A stretch of 64,000 nt of DNA, from contig OZ024742.1 in assembly GCA_964016885.1 (NCBI GenBank), positions 239,258,001 to 239,322,000 of the forward strand, given 5' to 3'. Source of the stretch: Eledone cirrhosa (Eukaryota). The first letter of the stretch is position 1. Each line of letters begins with the position of its first letter. Position numbers and translations under genes: made by a program. Shown piece after piece: positions 62,038 through 64,000 of the stretch. The notes beneath the pieces were generated by a model. That model saw only the letters and a list, made by a program, of their open reading frames with translations, searched no databases and was not told where the DNA came from.

Positions 62038-62218
62038 GTCAGTTAATATTTAATTTTTTTTTTTTTGTTTGATCCAGTTTTATTAGTAATGTTTCACCTT
62101 GACCCAATGGCAATGGCATTGACTCCTCCTCACCTTGTGGTCAGTTATCTAGTATCGTTTACCTCACAAATACATTTACTATTTCCCTCTCTACCTCTCT
62201 CTTCTTCATATATATATA

Positions 62219-62399
62219 CTGTATTTGCCGGCGCCGAAGACGCTTTGCCCTCAAGGATGCACCCTAATTTTGATAACCCAAAATTTGAAAAAAAAAAAAA
62301 AAAAAAAAAAAAAAAAGCCTTCGGCCTCCAGGACGCATGGTAGATTTTTCAGACTTATTTTATGAAAAATGTAGCATCTTCGACGCCGGGGAAAATTGG
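62219..62399. mobile_element. Tc1/mariner (pogo-like) MITE
   Basis: Imperfect TIRs ctgtatttgccggcgccgaagacgc / gcatcttcgacgccggggaaaattgg, flanked by TA. Confidence 0.65.
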
Positions 62400-62449
62400 T
62401 ATATATCATCATCATCATCATCATCATTTAACATATATCTTCCACGCTA

Positions 62450-62485
<36 letters not shown>

Positions 62486-62672
62486 TGAATTCCCAATGTA
62501 TATCAGGAGGTGACCACAGTTAAAACAGGTACTCAATACATTAGATTATAGGCATCTTCATTTTATTATAGAAATGATTGATTTCTACAGGAAGATTTTT
62601 GCCTGACTTTCCTGATGATTTCTTACAAATGAAAGTTCTAGTCCTGTAGAAGTAATTTCTATAACAAAATAA

Positions 62673-62717
<45 letters not shown>

Positions 62718-63325
62718 AAGTCATGCCCTGTTTCTCTGGAGTTTTACCTGTATGTGCACAGGGTCATCATCCTATTTTTATTCTTGCTACTATGCTTTTG
62801 GAGCTGCCTCCTCCACTGCTAGGTAGCAGAAACTATCAACAACATCTAGGTCACCTAGCTTTCAAATCCTTCTGGAGAGCCTCTCTGGCAACTAAAGAAA
62901 TCTATTTTACATCTGTTCTTAGTGTTTACTTCTCCTGTACATCTGCTGCATACAAAGTCTATTAATTTGCTTGTAATTCTACTATATCTCTTGTGTATCC
63001 ATAAGTTACACTGTGTGCACCTTATGGAATTTCTGCCCATTGTACTATGATACTAAGGTGTTTTTATTTATCTAAAAGCCTTCCATCAAAATTATTGGCA
63101 GTGTCTTTCATTTGAAATTTGGTAATGAAAGATTAAAAAATATATTATATATAATAATTGTCTCTAAAGTTATTTGTACAAACATTTAAAAACATATTGC
63201 TCTTCATCATCATCGTTTAACGTCTATCCTCCACGCTGTAAGCGAATGTAAATTGTATGCAATAATTGTAAAACGTATGTCCATCTGCCAACACATCATT
63301 TCAGTTGAGATTGTCTTGTTTTCAG

Positions 63326-63453
63326 ATGATTTTTGTCAAATGACAGATCGACACGGCCATCATATACTAGAATGTAATCGGGATCGTAAACCAACTTCTA
63401 ACTTTGATTTCTCTCTAAGTTCAGAGGAACCATTGTCTAATACAGAAACTAAG
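63326..63453 (+). CDS. TTC17: TTC17-like exon I
   Basis: ttgttttcag acceptor, gtaaat donor. xDFCQMTDRHGHHILECNRDRKPTSNFDFSLSSEEPLSNTETK. Phase-compatible with exon H; less conserved region. Confidence 0.7.
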
Positions 63454-63609
63454 GTAAATATAATTAACTTCTTATAATGATTAAAGATTTAAAAAAATGT
63501 AACCCTTTCATGATTATTTCATATGAAATATTCCCTGTTTCAAATAATTAAGAAGTTTGACAGATTTACTGAAATTATTCATTATTTCATTGTTAATATA
63601 ATAACTTAA

Positions 63610-63966
63610 CCCTTTTCATACCAACCTACCCCAAACTTTCTTTGTTTCTACAACATAAAACTACCTATTTTAAAGGGTTCCTATTTAAATTTAAACCTTC
63701 CAACATCATTTTATATAAGGACATTTGGTTATATTAGAAATACCACTTTAATGAAATGATAATTTTAGTAAATGTTTCTCAAATTCTTCATTGAATTAAT
63801 TAAAATACAAAGGATTTTATTGGCAATAAAATAAATGAAAGAGTTAACATAAGGTTCTTATATAAAATTATGTTGGAAGATTTTACTTTAATTAGGAACC
63901 TTTCAAAATGTATGGTTTTATTTCATAGAAACAGAGCTGGTTTTGACCAGGTTGGTATCAAAAGAG
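63610..63966. mobile_element. piggyBac-type MITE
   Basis: ttaa|cccttttcataccaacct ... aggttggtatcaaaagag|ttaa. Related partial copies at about 16000-16265, 23150-23320, 26480-26630 and 47025-47400. Confidence 0.75.
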
Positions 63967-64000
63967 TTAAACTATTAGACTCGTGTATTCAGTCCCCTCC

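Overview
This is eukaryotic (animal) genomic DNA, not prokaryotic. It is AT-rich, full of (TA)n, (CA)n and (CAT)n microsatellites, and its repeat content resembles octopus/cephalopod genomes (inference). One host gene runs on the + strand: nine internal coding exons (18228-63453) of a TTC17-like TPR protein, with frame-consistent splice junctions. The N-terminal exon was not found and the gene continues past the window end. The introns and upstream region are mostly transposon-derived: young and old RTE LINEs, a Penelope-like element with an open RT + GIY-YIG ORF, Penelope pseudo-LTR inverted repeats, a complete non-autonomous Helitron, a decayed mariner, piggyBac derivatives, MITEs, tRNA-derived SINEs and a CRE-like fragment. 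The ORF track misses the most notable signal: about ten well-formed type I hammerhead ribozyme motifs (seven sequence types) plus several decayed ones, folded by eye. They include a U3-A8 core variant inside a 319-nt terminally redundant, retrozyme-like unit, and variants with a stem II of about 95-115 nt. Several lie on the TTC17 sense strand. All folds and family assignments are by inspection only; no searches were run.
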